Origin: an uncultured delta proteobacterium
Lineage (GTDB): Bacteria > Desulfobacterota > RBG-13-43-22
Assembly (NCBI GenBank): GCA_963790475.1
Contig: CAWBOS010000012.1
Coordinates: 1,344,001-1,408,000 of the forward strand
Length of the DNA stretch: 64,000 nt
Direction of reading: 5' to 3'
This document shows, piece after piece, positions 50,470-59,947 of this stretch. Each line of letters opens with the position of its first letter. Positions within the stretch are counted from its first letter, which is position 1. Position numbers and translations under genes: made by a program. Under the pieces are notes generated by a model. That model worked only from the letters and a program-made list of their open reading frames with translations, was not told where the DNA came from and ran no database searches.

Positions 50470-51728
50470 CGGGGCAGCCCTTCCAAGGCCTGGGCGAGGT
50501 CCTGGCAAAGGTCTTCGGCATCCTCGATCCCGACGGATAAACGGATCATATCCGACCCAATCCCCAGGCTATGCCTGGTTCTCTCATCAAAGGAAACATA
50601 TTGGGAAGATGCCGGATGGATCACCAGGGTTTTACAATCGCCCAGATTGGCTAATTGATAAATCAACCGCAGACCGGAAATAAATTTAAAGCAAGCCGCC
50701 TGATCTTTTAAGCCGAAGGTAATCATGCCCCCGAACCCTTTACCTTGAAATTCTTTCGCGGCTACAAGGTGGGAAGGACTTTCTATAAAGCCCGGATAGT
50801 TAATCCAGGTGACCTCAGGTCTGCTTTTTAGATACCCGGCTAAAAGGGAGGTGTTTTTCTGGATCCGTTCCAGTCGCAAGGCCAGGGTATCCAGTCCCAG
50901 TATGGTCAGATAGGAATGAAAAGGAGACTGGGTCGTGCCGAAGTTGATATGGTATTCCCGCCAGATCTTATCCAGAAAGGCCAGAGGGCCTTTGCGATCA
51001 AGAAAGGGTTTGAAATCGGGGAACCGATCCCCGGACCAGTCGAATTTCCCTTGATCGATCACCACTCCTCCCACGGCGGCTCCATGGCCACTCAGATATT
51101 TGGTGGTGGAATGGATGACCACATCGGCTCCATACTCAAAGGGACGGCACAGGTATGGAGTGGCCAGGGTATTGTCCACAATCAAAGGAATCCCCCCCTG
51201 ATGGGCTATTTGGGCAATCTCCCTGATGTTCGGGACATCCAGCTTGGGGTTGCCGATGGTTTCCACAAAGACAAACCGGGTTTTTTCATTAACCGCCTCG
51301 GCGATGGCTTTGGTATTGGTCGGTTCGACCATCCGGGCGGTCAGGTTGTATTTGGAAAACACCTTGTTAAAAAGCATATAGGTGGACATGAACAGAGAAT
51401 TTCCGGTGATGAACTCGTCCCCGGCCCGGAGTAAAGCCATACAGGTGTTGGCCACGGCGGCCATGCCGGAGGCCATGACAATGGCCCCCTGGCCCCCTTC
51501 CAATAGAGTCAACTTGTTTTCCAGAACACGGTTGGTGGGGTTGGTCAAGCGCATGTAAATGTGATCGGTTGTTTGCCCGGCAAAGGTCTGGCTTAGATTC
51601 TCGGCGGTCGGATGGAGGTGTGAAGCAGTCTGGAAGATGGGGGGCAGGGTTGCCCCTTCCCAGGATTCCGGAGATTGTCCGGCGTGGATGACCTGGGTAT
51701 CAAAGCGATAGGAATTTTTAGGGGCCAT
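50466..51728 (-). CDS. metY: O-acetylhomoserine sulfhydrylase (Cys/Met PLP enzyme)
   Basis: YMRLTNPT, ASGMAA, VDNT, HSTTKY, ANLGD, RLSVGIE. Confidence 0.85.
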   Translation of the reverse strand: MAPKNSYRFDTQVIHAGQSPESWEGATLPPIFQTASHLHPTAENLSQTFAGQTTDHIYMRLTNPTNRVLENKLTLLEGGQGAIVMASGMAAVANTCMALLRAGDEFITGNSLFMSTYMLFNKVFSKYNLTARMVEPTNTKAIAEAVNEKTRFVFVETIGNPKLDVPNIREIAQIAHQGGIPLIVDNTLATPYLCRPFEYGADVVIHSTTKYLSGHGAAVGGVVIDQGKFDWSGDRFPDFKPFLDRKGPLAFLDKIWREYHINFGTTQSPFHSYLTILGLDTLALRLERIQKNTSLLAGYLKSRPEVTWINYPGFIESPSHLVAAKEFQGKGFGGMITFGLKDQAACFKFISGLRLIYQLANLGDCKTLVIHPASSQYVSFDERTRHSLGIGSDMIRLSVGIEDAEDLCQDLAQALEGLPR

Positions 51729-51772
51729 GATTGATTACCTCCGATTTTTCGGTTCGTCCGGGGTAGGACTTT

Positions 51773-52153
51773 TTAATAAACGAAAATAGGATTAAAAACT
51801 TTGCAATTCTTACATACCTGAATTTTTTCGTTCCAGCTTTTATGAACTACTCCTTGGCAAAGGGTGCCGGAGATAAACCAGCACAAATGACCGGTCTTAA
51901 ACCTCCAGGCCGGACAATTTTTTTTCCTTTCCGATGGGCAACTTTTTTGGACCCAGCAAGGTTGAAGAGTTCCCTTCCCGAATATTTGACGAGAGATTAA
52001 AAAGAGAACCTGGCGTTCCACATTTTCAGGAACATTGCGCCATCCTTGTTCATAACTGCTGACGGCCTTGATTGAAGTAATTAATAATTGAGCTAATTCT
52101 TTTTGGGTCAGCCTTAATTTTTTCCGGTAATAAACCAGTTTTTCACTATCCAT
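51773..52153 (-). CDS. XRE-family regulator with Cys-rich (two-CW) C-terminus
   Basis: LTQKELA..SYEQG HTH; CW..CP..CPAW..CW..LC..CKNC. Confidence 0.8.
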   Translation of the reverse strand: MDSEKLVYYRKKLRLTQKELAQLLITSIKAVSSYEQGWRNVPENVERQVLFLISRQIFGKGTLQPCWVQKSCPSERKKNCPAWRFKTGHLCWFISGTLCQGVVHKSWNEKIQVCKNCKVFNPIFVY

Positions 52154-52194
52154 AACAGGACCAAATATAAGGGGCTAAAATTTATTTCAAGACA

Positions 52195-52223
52195 AAAGTA
52201 CCACAGTGTGGCACTCCTGTCAA
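52195..52223 (-). promoter_or_regulatory. Sigma70 promoter with a palindromic operator in the spacer
   Basis: TTGACA-17 nt-TACTTT with extended TG; palindrome GTACCACAGTGTGGCAC at 52198-52214. Confidence 0.7.
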
Positions 52224-52255
52224 CAGAAAAAAGGCGAGCGTCCTATAATGTCTTG

Positions 52256-52412
52256 ATCTCCCTCATCGAGTGCTTATAAGGGGAAGCTCGACCTGTGAGG
52301 CATGAGTGGTGTTTCGCAGCAGACGGATCTTAGGTGCCGGGGTGATAACCGGCGTATCAAAATTTTCGGAAAGGTTTCCGGGAGACCTGGTTGGAATGGC
52401 CGGGCTTTTTCT
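52256..52412 (+). ncRNA. Candidate structured small RNA (family not recognised)
   Basis: TATAAT at 52244, 5' TCTCCC pairs with 3' GGGAGA, internal hairpins, terminator-like end. Confidence 0.35.
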
Positions 52413-52468
52413 CGTGGTTTTCTTGTTTGATTAAGTTCTCGTCTCCACCCGGAGACGTTTTTTCAGTT

Positions 52469-52741
52469 TCAGCCCCCGGTATTGGGCTCTTCCTGAATAT
52501 TTAAGGGAGGCGGAATTAAAGGATTTGTGTATCCGGTTTTTTCCCTGGAAGGGGCCATTGGAGAAGAGAAGAGGTTACCGGAGGAGGTTGCATGGGGTCC
52601 ATTTTGATCAAATTCCTTCTGGGTCTCCGGCGGGGCAGGAAAGGGAGTCTTTTTCTCCCGAGCAAAGAGAGAGACGGCCAAAAGAAAAATAAGAAGAATA
52701 GCCCATAACAGAGTATTAAATAATTTTATAAAAGATTTCAT
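52469..52741 (-). CDS. Hypothetical exported Pro-rich protein
   Basis: RBS GGAGAGG, signal-peptide-like N-terminus. Confidence 0.5.
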   Translation of the reverse strand: MKSFIKLFNTLLWAILLIFLLAVSLFAREKKTPFPAPPETQKEFDQNGPHATSSGNLFSSPMAPSREKTGYTNPLIPPPLNIQEEPNTGG

Positions 52742-52930
52742 ATCCTCTCCTTGACCCAAGACTTGATCTGCTTTTTATTTGGCACTTGCCCGACAGAAAC
52801 GAGTTTTCCATTAATCAGCAAGGCCGGGCTTCCCATTATACCATAGGAAGCAATCTTCTTGACATCGGTAACATGTTCCAGATCGGCGGTCAAGTTCAAT
52901 TCGTTCAGGACTTCCATAACCCGGTTGAAA
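52738..52930 (-). pseudogene. Thioredoxin-like (small redox-active disulfide protein) remnant lacking CxxC
   Basis: DLEHVTD..YGIMGSPALLINGK; the N-terminal CxxC region is missing. Confidence 0.6.
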
Positions 52931-52993
52931 ACAGTTCGGTAGCCATCTTTTCCTCCTGAGTTCATGGCGTGGGGTTCTCTGTTCAAGTCTAAT

Positions 52994-53172
52994 TAGTTTC
53001 CATCCGGGAACGGTCCTTTTTCGCCCTGGCTGTGTCAATCTACAGGATTGTTTGTGCGGCGTACCCATGTACGCCTCCGTGCAATCCCTTGATTTCCTTG
53101 CCAGGACAAAAAATTCCTCGTTTCCGAATTGGAACCAATAGTTTCACATCCGTTATTTCCGGATGAGAACTA
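52994..53172. mobile_element. MITE-like element
   Basis: Terminal inverted repeats TAGTTTCCATCCGGGA / TCCGGATGAGAACTA, internal palindrome ggcgtacccatgtacgcc, no coding capacity recognised. Confidence 0.6.
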
Positions 53173-53190
53173 ATTAGTATAGTGAGTTTA

Positions 53191-53218
53191 TTGACATAAT
53201 ACAAAAAAGTATTACTTT
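53191..53218 (+). promoter_or_regulatory. Sigma70-like promoter for moaD with an overlapping palindrome
   Basis: TTGACA-16 nt-TACTTT; TAATAC-A6-GTATTA palindrome. Confidence 0.5.
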
Positions 53219-53280
53219 AAGAAAGTAAATAGAATTAAATATAAGAATAAATAATACCCTTAAACTGATTGATGACCTTA

Positions 53281-53523
53281 ATGAAGATTCAATTAAAACT
53301 TTTTGCCTCTTTGACCCGATTTCTACCTGATCAAAAAGACTCCGGTTTTTCCAACCTGGTGGAGATCGATAAAGGGACGACGATTGAGGAATTATTGGAC
53401 CATTTAAAGATCCCTCGGGAACAACCCAAGATCATTTTTTTAAACGGCATTCATGCCGAAGGAACAACGGTTCTGAAGGAGGGGGACCGCCTGGGGATTT
53501 TTCCACCACTGGCCGGCGGCTAA
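53281..53523 (+). CDS. moaD: MoaD/ThiS sulfur carrier
   Basis: LKLFASL ... IFPPLAGG C-terminal Gly-Gly. Confidence 0.88.
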   Translation: MKIQLKLFASLTRFLPDQKDSGFSNLVEIDKGTTIEELLDHLKIPREQPKIIFLNGIHAEGTTVLKEGDRLGIFPPLAGG

Positions 53524-53716
53524 ATAAAAACCATCCTTTTCCTTCTTGAGCTTGTCCGTCATTAATGTCAAATAAGACATATTGACAAAGTAAATTCATT
53601 CCTCTTATGATTGTCGTAATCCATAAAAGCAGGTTCACCTGAAAGTGTGATGGCTTTTAGAGATTCATTTTCCTGTATCTCCCAAGTATTAACTCTAACC
53701 GAGAAGGAGGTTCTTC

Positions 53717-55453
53717 ATGGAAAAAATTCTGAGAATCGATATGGGGGCGGAAGGCGGTCCAAAAATCAATGAAGTTCCGGTTGGGGATTATGCCGGATTG
53801 GGAGGCCGGGCCATGACCTCGACCATTGTAGCCAAGGAAGTGCCCCCGACCTGTCATCCCTTGGGGGCCGACAATAAATTGGTGATTGCCCCGGGTCTGT
53901 TAAGCGGGACTGCGGCAGCCATGTCCGGCAGGTTATCGATCGGATGCAAAAGCCCTTTGACCGGCGGCATCAAGGAAGCCAATTCCGGAGGCCAGCCCTC
54001 ACAGGTCCTGGCCCGCCTGGGCTATGCGGCCATCGTTCTTGAAGGAAAACCGAAGGACGAAACCTTGTATAAAGTTTTCATCAACAAGGATGGTGTAAAA
54101 ATTCAACCCGACAATAGTCTGAAGGGTCTCCCTAATTACGACCTGATTGAAAAAATGAAGACCCAATACGGGGATAAAATCGCCTGTATCTCCATCGGGC
54201 CGGCCGGTGAAATGAAGCTGGCCGCGGCTTCCATTGCCTGTACGGACATGGAACTGAGGCCAACCCGGCATGCCGGCCGCGGCGGGGTTGGTGCGGTCAT
54301 GGGTTCCAAAGGGGTAAAGGTAATCGTCCTGGACGATACCGGGAAGACCATGCGCTCTCCCAAGGATCCGGAAAAATTCAAAGAGGCCTCAAAAGCATGG
54401 GTCAAAGGATTACAGGGCCACCCGGTCACCGGCCAGGGTCTGCCGGCCTATGGAACGAATGTCTTGACCAATATCTTGAACGAAGCTGGCGCTTATCCGA
54501 CTTATAATTTCAAAGAAGGCCGATTTTCCGGTGCCGCCAAGATCAGCGGGGAAACCCAGGCCGAATTGGAGACCGCACGGGGAGGGCTGGCCACCCATGG
54601 CTGCCACCGGGGTTGCATCATTCGCTGCTCCGGCACCTATAATGACAAAGACGGCCATTTCCTGACCAAGCAGCCGGAATATGAAACAGTCTGGGCCCAC
54701 GGAGGGAATTGCGGCATCGATGACCTGGATGCCATTGCCCAAATGGATTTCCTGGATGATAATTATGGATTGGACACCATTGAGATGGGAGCCACCATCG
54801 GCGTGGCTATGGAGGCCGGCCTGTTAAAATTCGGTGACGCTCAAGGGGCCATTAATCTGATTAAGGAAGTGGGAAAGGGGACTCCTTTAGGCCGGATTTT
54901 AGGTAGCGGTGCGGCGGTGACCGGCAAGGTTTTTGGTGTTGAACGGATTCCGGTCGTCAAAGGCCAAGCCATGCCGGCCTATGACCCCCGGGCTGTCCAG
55001 GGCATCGGGGTGACCTATGCTACCAGTCCCATGGGGGCCGACCATACGGCCGGCTATGCCGTGGCCACCAATATTATGAATGTCGGCGGTCAGGTAGATC
55101 CTCTTAAACCAGCAGGGCAGATCGAGCTTTCCCGGAATCTGCAAATCGCCACGGCGGCCATCGATGCCGTCGGTATGTGTCTGTTCATTGCCTTTGCCGT
55201 TCTCGATCAGCCGGAGACCTTTCAGGCCCTGCTTGATATGATTAATGCCTTTTACGGTCTGAATCTGACGGGCGATGATGTGACCGCCCTGGGAAAATCA
55301 ATCCTTAAGAACGAAAGGGACTTTAATCTCCGGGCCGGTTTTACCGCCCAACAGGACCGTTTGCCGGACTTTTTCAAAAAAGAGCCGGTGGCACCACACA
55401 ATGTCACCTTCCAGGTTAAAGATGAGGAGTTGGATCAGGTTTTTAACTGGTAA
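53717..55453 (+). CDS. aor: Aldehyde:ferredoxin oxidoreductase (tungstopterin family)
   Basis: KSPLTGGIKEANSGG, GRGGVGAVMGSKG, CHRGCIIRC, EYET, DNYGLDTIE. Confidence 0.93.
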   Translation: MEKILRIDMGAEGGPKINEVPVGDYAGLGGRAMTSTIVAKEVPPTCHPLGADNKLVIAPGLLSGTAAAMSGRLSIGCKSPLTGGIKEANSGGQPSQVLARLGYAAIVLEGKPKDETLYKVFINKDGVKIQPDNSLKGLPNYDLIEKMKTQYGDKIACISIGPAGEMKLAAASIACTDMELRPTRHAGRGGVGAVMGSKGVKVIVLDDTGKTMRSPKDPEKFKEASKAWVKGLQGHPVTGQGLPAYGTNVLTNILNEAGAYPTYNFKEGRFSGAAKISGETQAELETARGGLATHGCHRGCIIRCSGTYNDKDGHFLTKQPEYETVWAHGGNCGIDDLDAIAQMDFLDDNYGLDTIEMGATIGVAMEAGLLKFGDAQGAINLIKEVGKGTPLGRILGSGAAVTGKVFGVERIPVVKGQAMPAYDPRAVQGIGVTYATSPMGADHTAGYAVATNIMNVGGQVDPLKPAGQIELSRNLQIATAAIDAVGMCLFIAFAVLDQPETFQALLDMINAFYGLNLTGDDVTALGKSILKNERDFNLRAGFTAQQDRLPDFFKKEPVAPHNVTFQVKDEELDQVFNW

Positions 55454-55476
55454 CCATTTGTTTTAAACTTTCCAGG

Positions 55477-55506
55477 GGGAGGTCTTTCTGAGGCCTCCCT
55501 TTTTTC
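55477..55506 (+). terminator. Intrinsic terminator after aor
   Basis: gggaggtc-tttctga-ggcctccc followed by a T run. Confidence 0.7.
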
Positions 55507-55518
55507 TTGTGCAACCCT

Positions 55519-56117
55519 ATGGAACAGTCTCTTTATCTGACTCTGAGGAAAAACAATCTTCATCATTTTTTCCCTTTATTTCAACAAGGGGTTATTGTAA
55601 AGATCTTGACCGGCTGGACTATCAAGGATCTGCTTTCCCTTCATCTGGAAATACCCCCCGAATATGTGGAAAACAGGATTCAAACTATTTTTCTGGACGG
55701 GAAAGCCGTGGATGATTTGGGGGAAGCGAAGGTCCGGGACGGATCGATCCTGGCCCTTTCCGCAGCCATGCCAGGTCTGGTAGGGGCCACCTTGCGCCGA
55801 GGAGGCGCTTTTGCCTCTTTGCGCCGATCGATTACTTTTTCGGAAGGTGGCGAGGCCGATCCCTCAAAAGGAAGGCCGGATTGTTTTAAAGCTCTTTCAA
55901 CCTCCTGGTGCCGGAATTAGGCCCCCATTTATTGGCTAAAGGGATTTGGTTGAAAGGAAAAGATCTCAATCGATTTCTCGGGGGATTAAAAAAGGATTTT
56001 TGGGAGGAATGCCGGGAAGTGGTGAGAAACGGACAAAAAATCGAAAGGCCGTTTGATCCGTCTGAATTGAATTGTGAGAACGACCCCTTGGTATTCTTGC
56101 AGATTACTGCCAGATAG
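55519..56117 (+). CDS. Hypothetical protein with ubiquitin-like motif; split by two +1 homopolymer shifts near 55866-55897
   Basis: IQTIFLDGKAVDD..ALSAAMPGLVGA; removing one A and one T gives a 198-aa ORF (..RIVLKLFNLLVPELGP..). Confidence 0.6.
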
Positions 56118-56146
56118 ATCTTCGAAAGAGGAAGGCGGAACAGTCG

Positions 56147-56536
56147 CTATGGTTCAATCACCGCACACCGGCCGCGATTTTTAGCTTTACGAACCAGTTT
56201 TTGGTCAAAGGTATAAAATGCCCGACAGCCCTGGGATACAGCCAAATGTAGGGCATCGGCAAAATCCATTCCCTCGGAATACCACTTTAAGGCTGTTCCC
56301 ATACGATTCGGACTGGAAAGGGTCACATTCGGCAGACCGCAGAGTTTTAGAAAGGCCTCATAAATGTCTGTCGGAGAGAAACCGTAGGCGTAACGAAGAA
56401 ACCATTCGGTTTCAAGAAAGACTGTTTCAGGAATGAGAAGGTGTTCCTTCTTGAATACCGACTCCGCTTTCGCGGCCTGCCCGGGATCATCATGGGTCAG
56501 GAGACGAACCAGGATATTGGTGTCAACGCCGGTCAC
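56147..56536 (-). CDS. vapC: PIN-domain toxin VapC
   Basis: VDTNILVR, LETEW, DFADALH, TFD. Confidence 0.9.
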   Translation of the reverse strand: MTGVDTNILVRLLTHDDPGQAAKAESVFKKEHLLIPETVFLETEWFLRYAYGFSPTDIYEAFLKLCGLPNVTLSSPNRMGTALKWYSEGMDFADALHLAVSQGCRAFYTFDQKLVRKAKNRGRCAVIEP

Positions 56537-56786
56537 GTTTTACGGCCCTTGCGCCTTTTTTAATGGCATCTTCCATCTCTTCAAGAGATTTAGCTTTTCC
56601 TGAATAGGGAAGGCAAGAGGCCACATCCCGGAGGGAGGTCTCCGGAAATGCCGATATCGGTTTGAGGAGAATGCCCTCATCGGTTTCGATGGTTTGAAGC
56701 TCCTGTCCCGGCTCCCAGCGCCGCCGCGTGCGTAATTCCTTGGGGATGATTACCTGGCCTTTGCTGGAAAGTCTTGTGATTTGCAT
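56523..56786 (-). CDS. AbrB/MazE-family antitoxin
   Basis: LSSKGQVIIPKELR; overlaps the toxin start. Confidence 0.9.
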   Translation of the reverse strand: MQITRLSSKGQVIIPKELRTRRRWEPGQELQTIETDEGILLKPISAFPETSLRDVASCLPYSGKAKSLEEMEDAIKKGARAVKRDRR

Positions 56787-57033
56787 AGAGTTTCTCCCTG
56801 GTAAGAAAAAAGTAAGATAATGGTATCACCTGAGTCGGGGGCTGTCAAGAAGAATTGACAGGCTGCTTTTCACCCTTCCTCACTCGAATCATTTTTCCGA
56901 GGCAATGGCTGTAGGCACACCATGGAAATTTCAACTAAGGCAATAGATATCAGAAAAGAAGAATCAAGAATATATCATGGGAATTCTTAATTTTTTTAAC
57001 ATTCGTATTTCATTAATTGGAGCAAAAAAAATC

Positions 57034-57062
57034 TTGACACCCAATTAAAAATATTTTACTTA
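57034..57062 (+). promoter_or_regulatory. Sigma70 promoter
   Basis: TTGACA-17 nt-TACTTA immediately before the riboswitch. Confidence 0.6.
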
Positions 57063-57066
57063 TAAA

Positions 57067-57118
57067 CAGGGATGGAGTCCCCCCTGAAAATCGCCGAAGT
57101 CGAGCTAATGACTCCTAC
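57067..57118 (+). ncRNA. Fluoride riboswitch 1
   Basis: GGGATGGAGTCCCC..AATCGC..GCTAATGACTCCTAC, the crcB-motif consensus. Confidence 0.88.
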
Positions 57119-57161
57119 TGCGCAAATCATTGCAGCAGTGGGGCCATTAGGAGTATTGATG

Positions 57162-57190
57162 AACCCGCTGCCAAGCGGGTTTTTATTTTT
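57162..57190 (+). terminator. Leader terminator of riboswitch 1
   Basis: aacccgct-gcca-agcgggtt followed by T runs. Confidence 0.75.
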
Positions 57191-57249
57191 GGGGGAAGAA
57201 GGTCTTCTTTAAAACCCATTTTCTTCTAAAATATATTGGAGATTGTAGA

Positions 57250-58407
57250 ATGGAAGATCAAATTATATCTTTGGTCCTCTGGGCGCTCATCTTTGTTGCC
57301 GGTTTTTTTTCGGTTGAACTGGGCCTGTCGGTGGCCATCATTGAAATGTCTCTGGGTGTCATTGGTGGAAACTTTTTAGGGCTCCATCCCACCCCCTGGA
57401 TCACCTACCTGGCCGGATTCGGCGGCATCCTCTTGACCTTTCTGGCCGGGGCCGAGGTGGATACTCAGGTCATGAAAGCCAAATTCAAAGAAAGTTTTCT
57501 AATCGGGGCCGTATCCTTTCTGATCCCTTTTTTAGGGGCCATGTTCTATGCCCATTATCTCCTCGACTGGTCCTGGCCGGCCGCCGAAATCGCCGGGATT
57601 GCCCTTTCCACCACCTCCCTGGCCGTGGTCTATGCGGTCTTGGTGGAAACCGGCCTGACCAATACCGAAATGGGCAAGATCCTCATGGCCGCCACCTTTA
57701 TTACCGACTTGGGAACAACCTTGGCCCTCACCCTGCTTTTCTTGGAATTCAACTGGTTCACCCTACTCTTTCTGGGAGTCTCAGCCTTGCTCATCCTGAT
57801 TATTCCCAGAATCTATCCCTGGATTTGCCGGAGGTACGGCGACCGGGTGATCGAACCGGAGATTAAATTTCTTTTTCTCATCCTCGTTATTTTTATGTTT
57901 TTCGCCAAAATCGGGGCCAGTCATGCCATCCTGCCGGCCTTTGTCCTGGGTCTGGCCATGTCCAAAAATTTTATGAAGAACCGGACCCTTCAACACCGAC
58001 TCCGGGTTGTGGCCTTTGCCATCATCACCCCCTTTTTCTTTATCAACGGTGGAATGAACATCTCTTTAAAATTGCTTTTATTGAATTTGGGTCTGCTGGT
58101 CCAGATGTTTCTGGTCAAACAAGTGACCAAAATAGTAGGGGTCTATCCCTTGGCTAAAAAATATCTCCCTGAAAATGCCATGTACACGACCCTGTTGATG
58201 AGCACGGGTCTGACCATGGGGACCATCTCTTCAGTCTTTGGATTAACTGCCGGTATTATCAATCGGGCTCAGTTCTCCGTCTTGGTGGCCGTTGTCGTTT
58301 TGAGTGCCATCATCCCCACCTTCATCGCCCAGAAATGGTTTGAACCCAAATATGAATTACCCAACTTGAATGGTTTATCTGCAACCTCAGAAAATTTAGA
58401 AGAATAG
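57250..58407 (+). CDS. Cation:proton antiporter (CPA2-like)
   Basis: About 12 TM helices; LTFLAGAE, LSTTSLAVV, ATFITD, PFFF. Confidence 0.88.
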   Translation: MEDQIISLVLWALIFVAGFFSVELGLSVAIIEMSLGVIGGNFLGLHPTPWITYLAGFGGILLTFLAGAEVDTQVMKAKFKESFLIGAVSFLIPFLGAMFYAHYLLDWSWPAAEIAGIALSTTSLAVVYAVLVETGLTNTEMGKILMAATFITDLGTTLALTLLFLEFNWFTLLFLGVSALLILIIPRIYPWICRRYGDRVIEPEIKFLFLILVIFMFFAKIGASHAILPAFVLGLAMSKNFMKNRTLQHRLRVVAFAIITPFFFINGGMNISLKLLLLNLGLLVQMFLVKQVTKIVGVYPLAKKYLPENAMYTTLLMSTGLTMGTISSVFGLTAGIINRAQFSVLVAVVVLSAIIPTFIAQKWFEPKYELPNLNGLSATSENLEE

Positions 58408-58416
58408 GAGGTGTTT

Positions 58417-58857
58417 ATGTTTAAAAAATTACTGGTGGCTTATGATGGATCCGAGGATTCCAAAAAGGCCCTGGAGATTGCCCTGGAATTATCCAAAAAG
58501 TTTGGTTCGGAAGTCCATCTACTTACCATCATCGAACAGCTCCCTCATTATGCGGCTACCATCGGTGAGGTGAAAGAGGCCCTGGCTGAGATCACCAAGG
58601 AGATAGAAAAGGAGCAAACCCTGGTCTGTGAGGCCACCCGGGAACAGGGGATTGACATTAAATGCCGGATCCTGCCCGGACATGAAGTGGAGGCCATCAT
58701 CGCCTATGCCCAAAAGGGCAACTTTGATGCCTTGCTATTGGGGCGTAAAGGCCGGTCCGCCATCCTTCACACCAAAAGCGGCAGTACGGCCGTTCAAGTG
58801 TCCACCCATGCTCCCTGTACGGTCATCCTGGCCCAGGCTGAGAAGAAAAAGGAATGA
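58417..58857 (+). CDS. Universal stress protein
   Basis: LVAYDGS, LLGRKG, GSTA..HAPCTV. Confidence 0.9.
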   Translation: MFKKLLVAYDGSEDSKKALEIALELSKKFGSEVHLLTIIEQLPHYAATIGEVKEALAEITKEIEKEQTLVCEATREQGIDIKCRILPGHEVEAIIAYAQKGNFDALLLGRKGRSAILHTKSGSTAVQVSTHAPCTVILAQAEKKKE

Positions 58858-58914
58858 GTAATTGGAAAAATTCTCTTGACCGATGGCATTGTGATGAATA
58901 TTAGAATTTAATAA

Positions 58915-59018
58915 GGTGATGAAGTTCACCGGAACCGCTTTCTTTTAATTACCGATAGGTTTAAAGAAAGCTCATGACTTCTACTTCAAAATATATGGGG
59001 TAGAAGTTTTTTATTTTT
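58915..59018 (+). ncRNA. Fluoride riboswitch 2 with terminator
   Basis: GGTGATGAAGTTCACC..AACCGC..GCTCATGACTTCTAC; compensatory GAAG/CTTC pseudoknot; terminator acttctac..gtagaagt followed by T run. Confidence 0.85.
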
Positions 59019-59225
59019 AAGGCCTGTAGAATCTTAGATGAAAAGCGATGATTTGAACAAATTTCGCAAATAAGAAACCTTATGAGGATCAAAGGGCCAA
59101 AAGAAAATTCGGATTGGTTGAAATGCCATTAGGATAAGCGATAGGCTGCCCTGGATGTCCTATGATAAAAAGTGATTCCCGATCTCCTATTCTATTTATT
59201 AAATCAAAAAGAACAATCGCTTCCT

Positions 59226-59708
59226 ATGATCTATTATTGCCCCTTCTGCTGGTTTGAATCTTCAATGCCTTTTGAGACCTGCCCCCGCTGCCGGCAGGAT
59301 CTTACCAAATTAAAGGACATGGATTATGCGGAACGTCTGGCTCTGTCCTTGCGGCACCCCGAGCCGGAGACCCGTTATCGAGCCGCTCACATCCTTGGAT
59401 TATTGAAGGCCGTAAAAGCCATCCCCGCTTTAATTCAGGCGGCTCAAGAAACGGGGGACCTTTTTTTACTTCAGAAAATCGCTTGGGCCTTGGGAGAAAT
59501 GAAAGATCCCGCCTCCTTGGCGCAACTCATGAATTTTTTAAAACATCCTTCATTTATAATTCGTAAAGAAGCTGTTCAGGCCCTTAGCAAACTGGGTGGG
59601 AAACAAGCATTAGAGGCTATATCGACTTCCTGTTCCGACCCCATTGAATCGGTTAGAGAAGCCGCCAGAGAGATTATTAAAAGGATGCAGATAACCAAGA
59701 CAGAATAA
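59226..59708 (+). CDS. Zinc-ribbon + HEAT/PBS-lyase repeat protein
   Basis: YCPFCW..CPRC, then repeats RYRAAHILG, AWALG, RKEAVQAL, VREAA. Confidence 0.8.
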   Translation: MIYYCPFCWFESSMPFETCPRCRQDLTKLKDMDYAERLALSLRHPEPETRYRAAHILGLLKAVKAIPALIQAAQETGDLFLLQKIAWALGEMKDPASLAQLMNFLKHPSFIIRKEAVQALSKLGGKQALEAISTSCSDPIESVREAAREIIKRMQITKTE

Positions 59709-59947
59709 AGAAATACCCGTACGCATCGAAACAATGAATTTTCAACTATCGGAGAAAAGTCTCGCTATTTCAAGATCAGCATTCGTCCAGCTAATTATGG
59801 CAGATAAGATAACGGCAATTGAAATGGGCAATACAAAACACCGGAAAATATGTTTATTTCTTATTTCAGCCCCTTTGCCCATAACATTCCGAATTCCAAG
59901 ATATTTAAATTATTTTAAGTGAGACTCCCTGTCTAAAAATTCTTCTT

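Noticed and set aside
52256-52412. SAM-I riboswitch for the met operon
   Set aside because: Lacks the AUC-AGAG, GCAACC and GUGC..AAUUCC core, and lies upstream of the operon's own promoter
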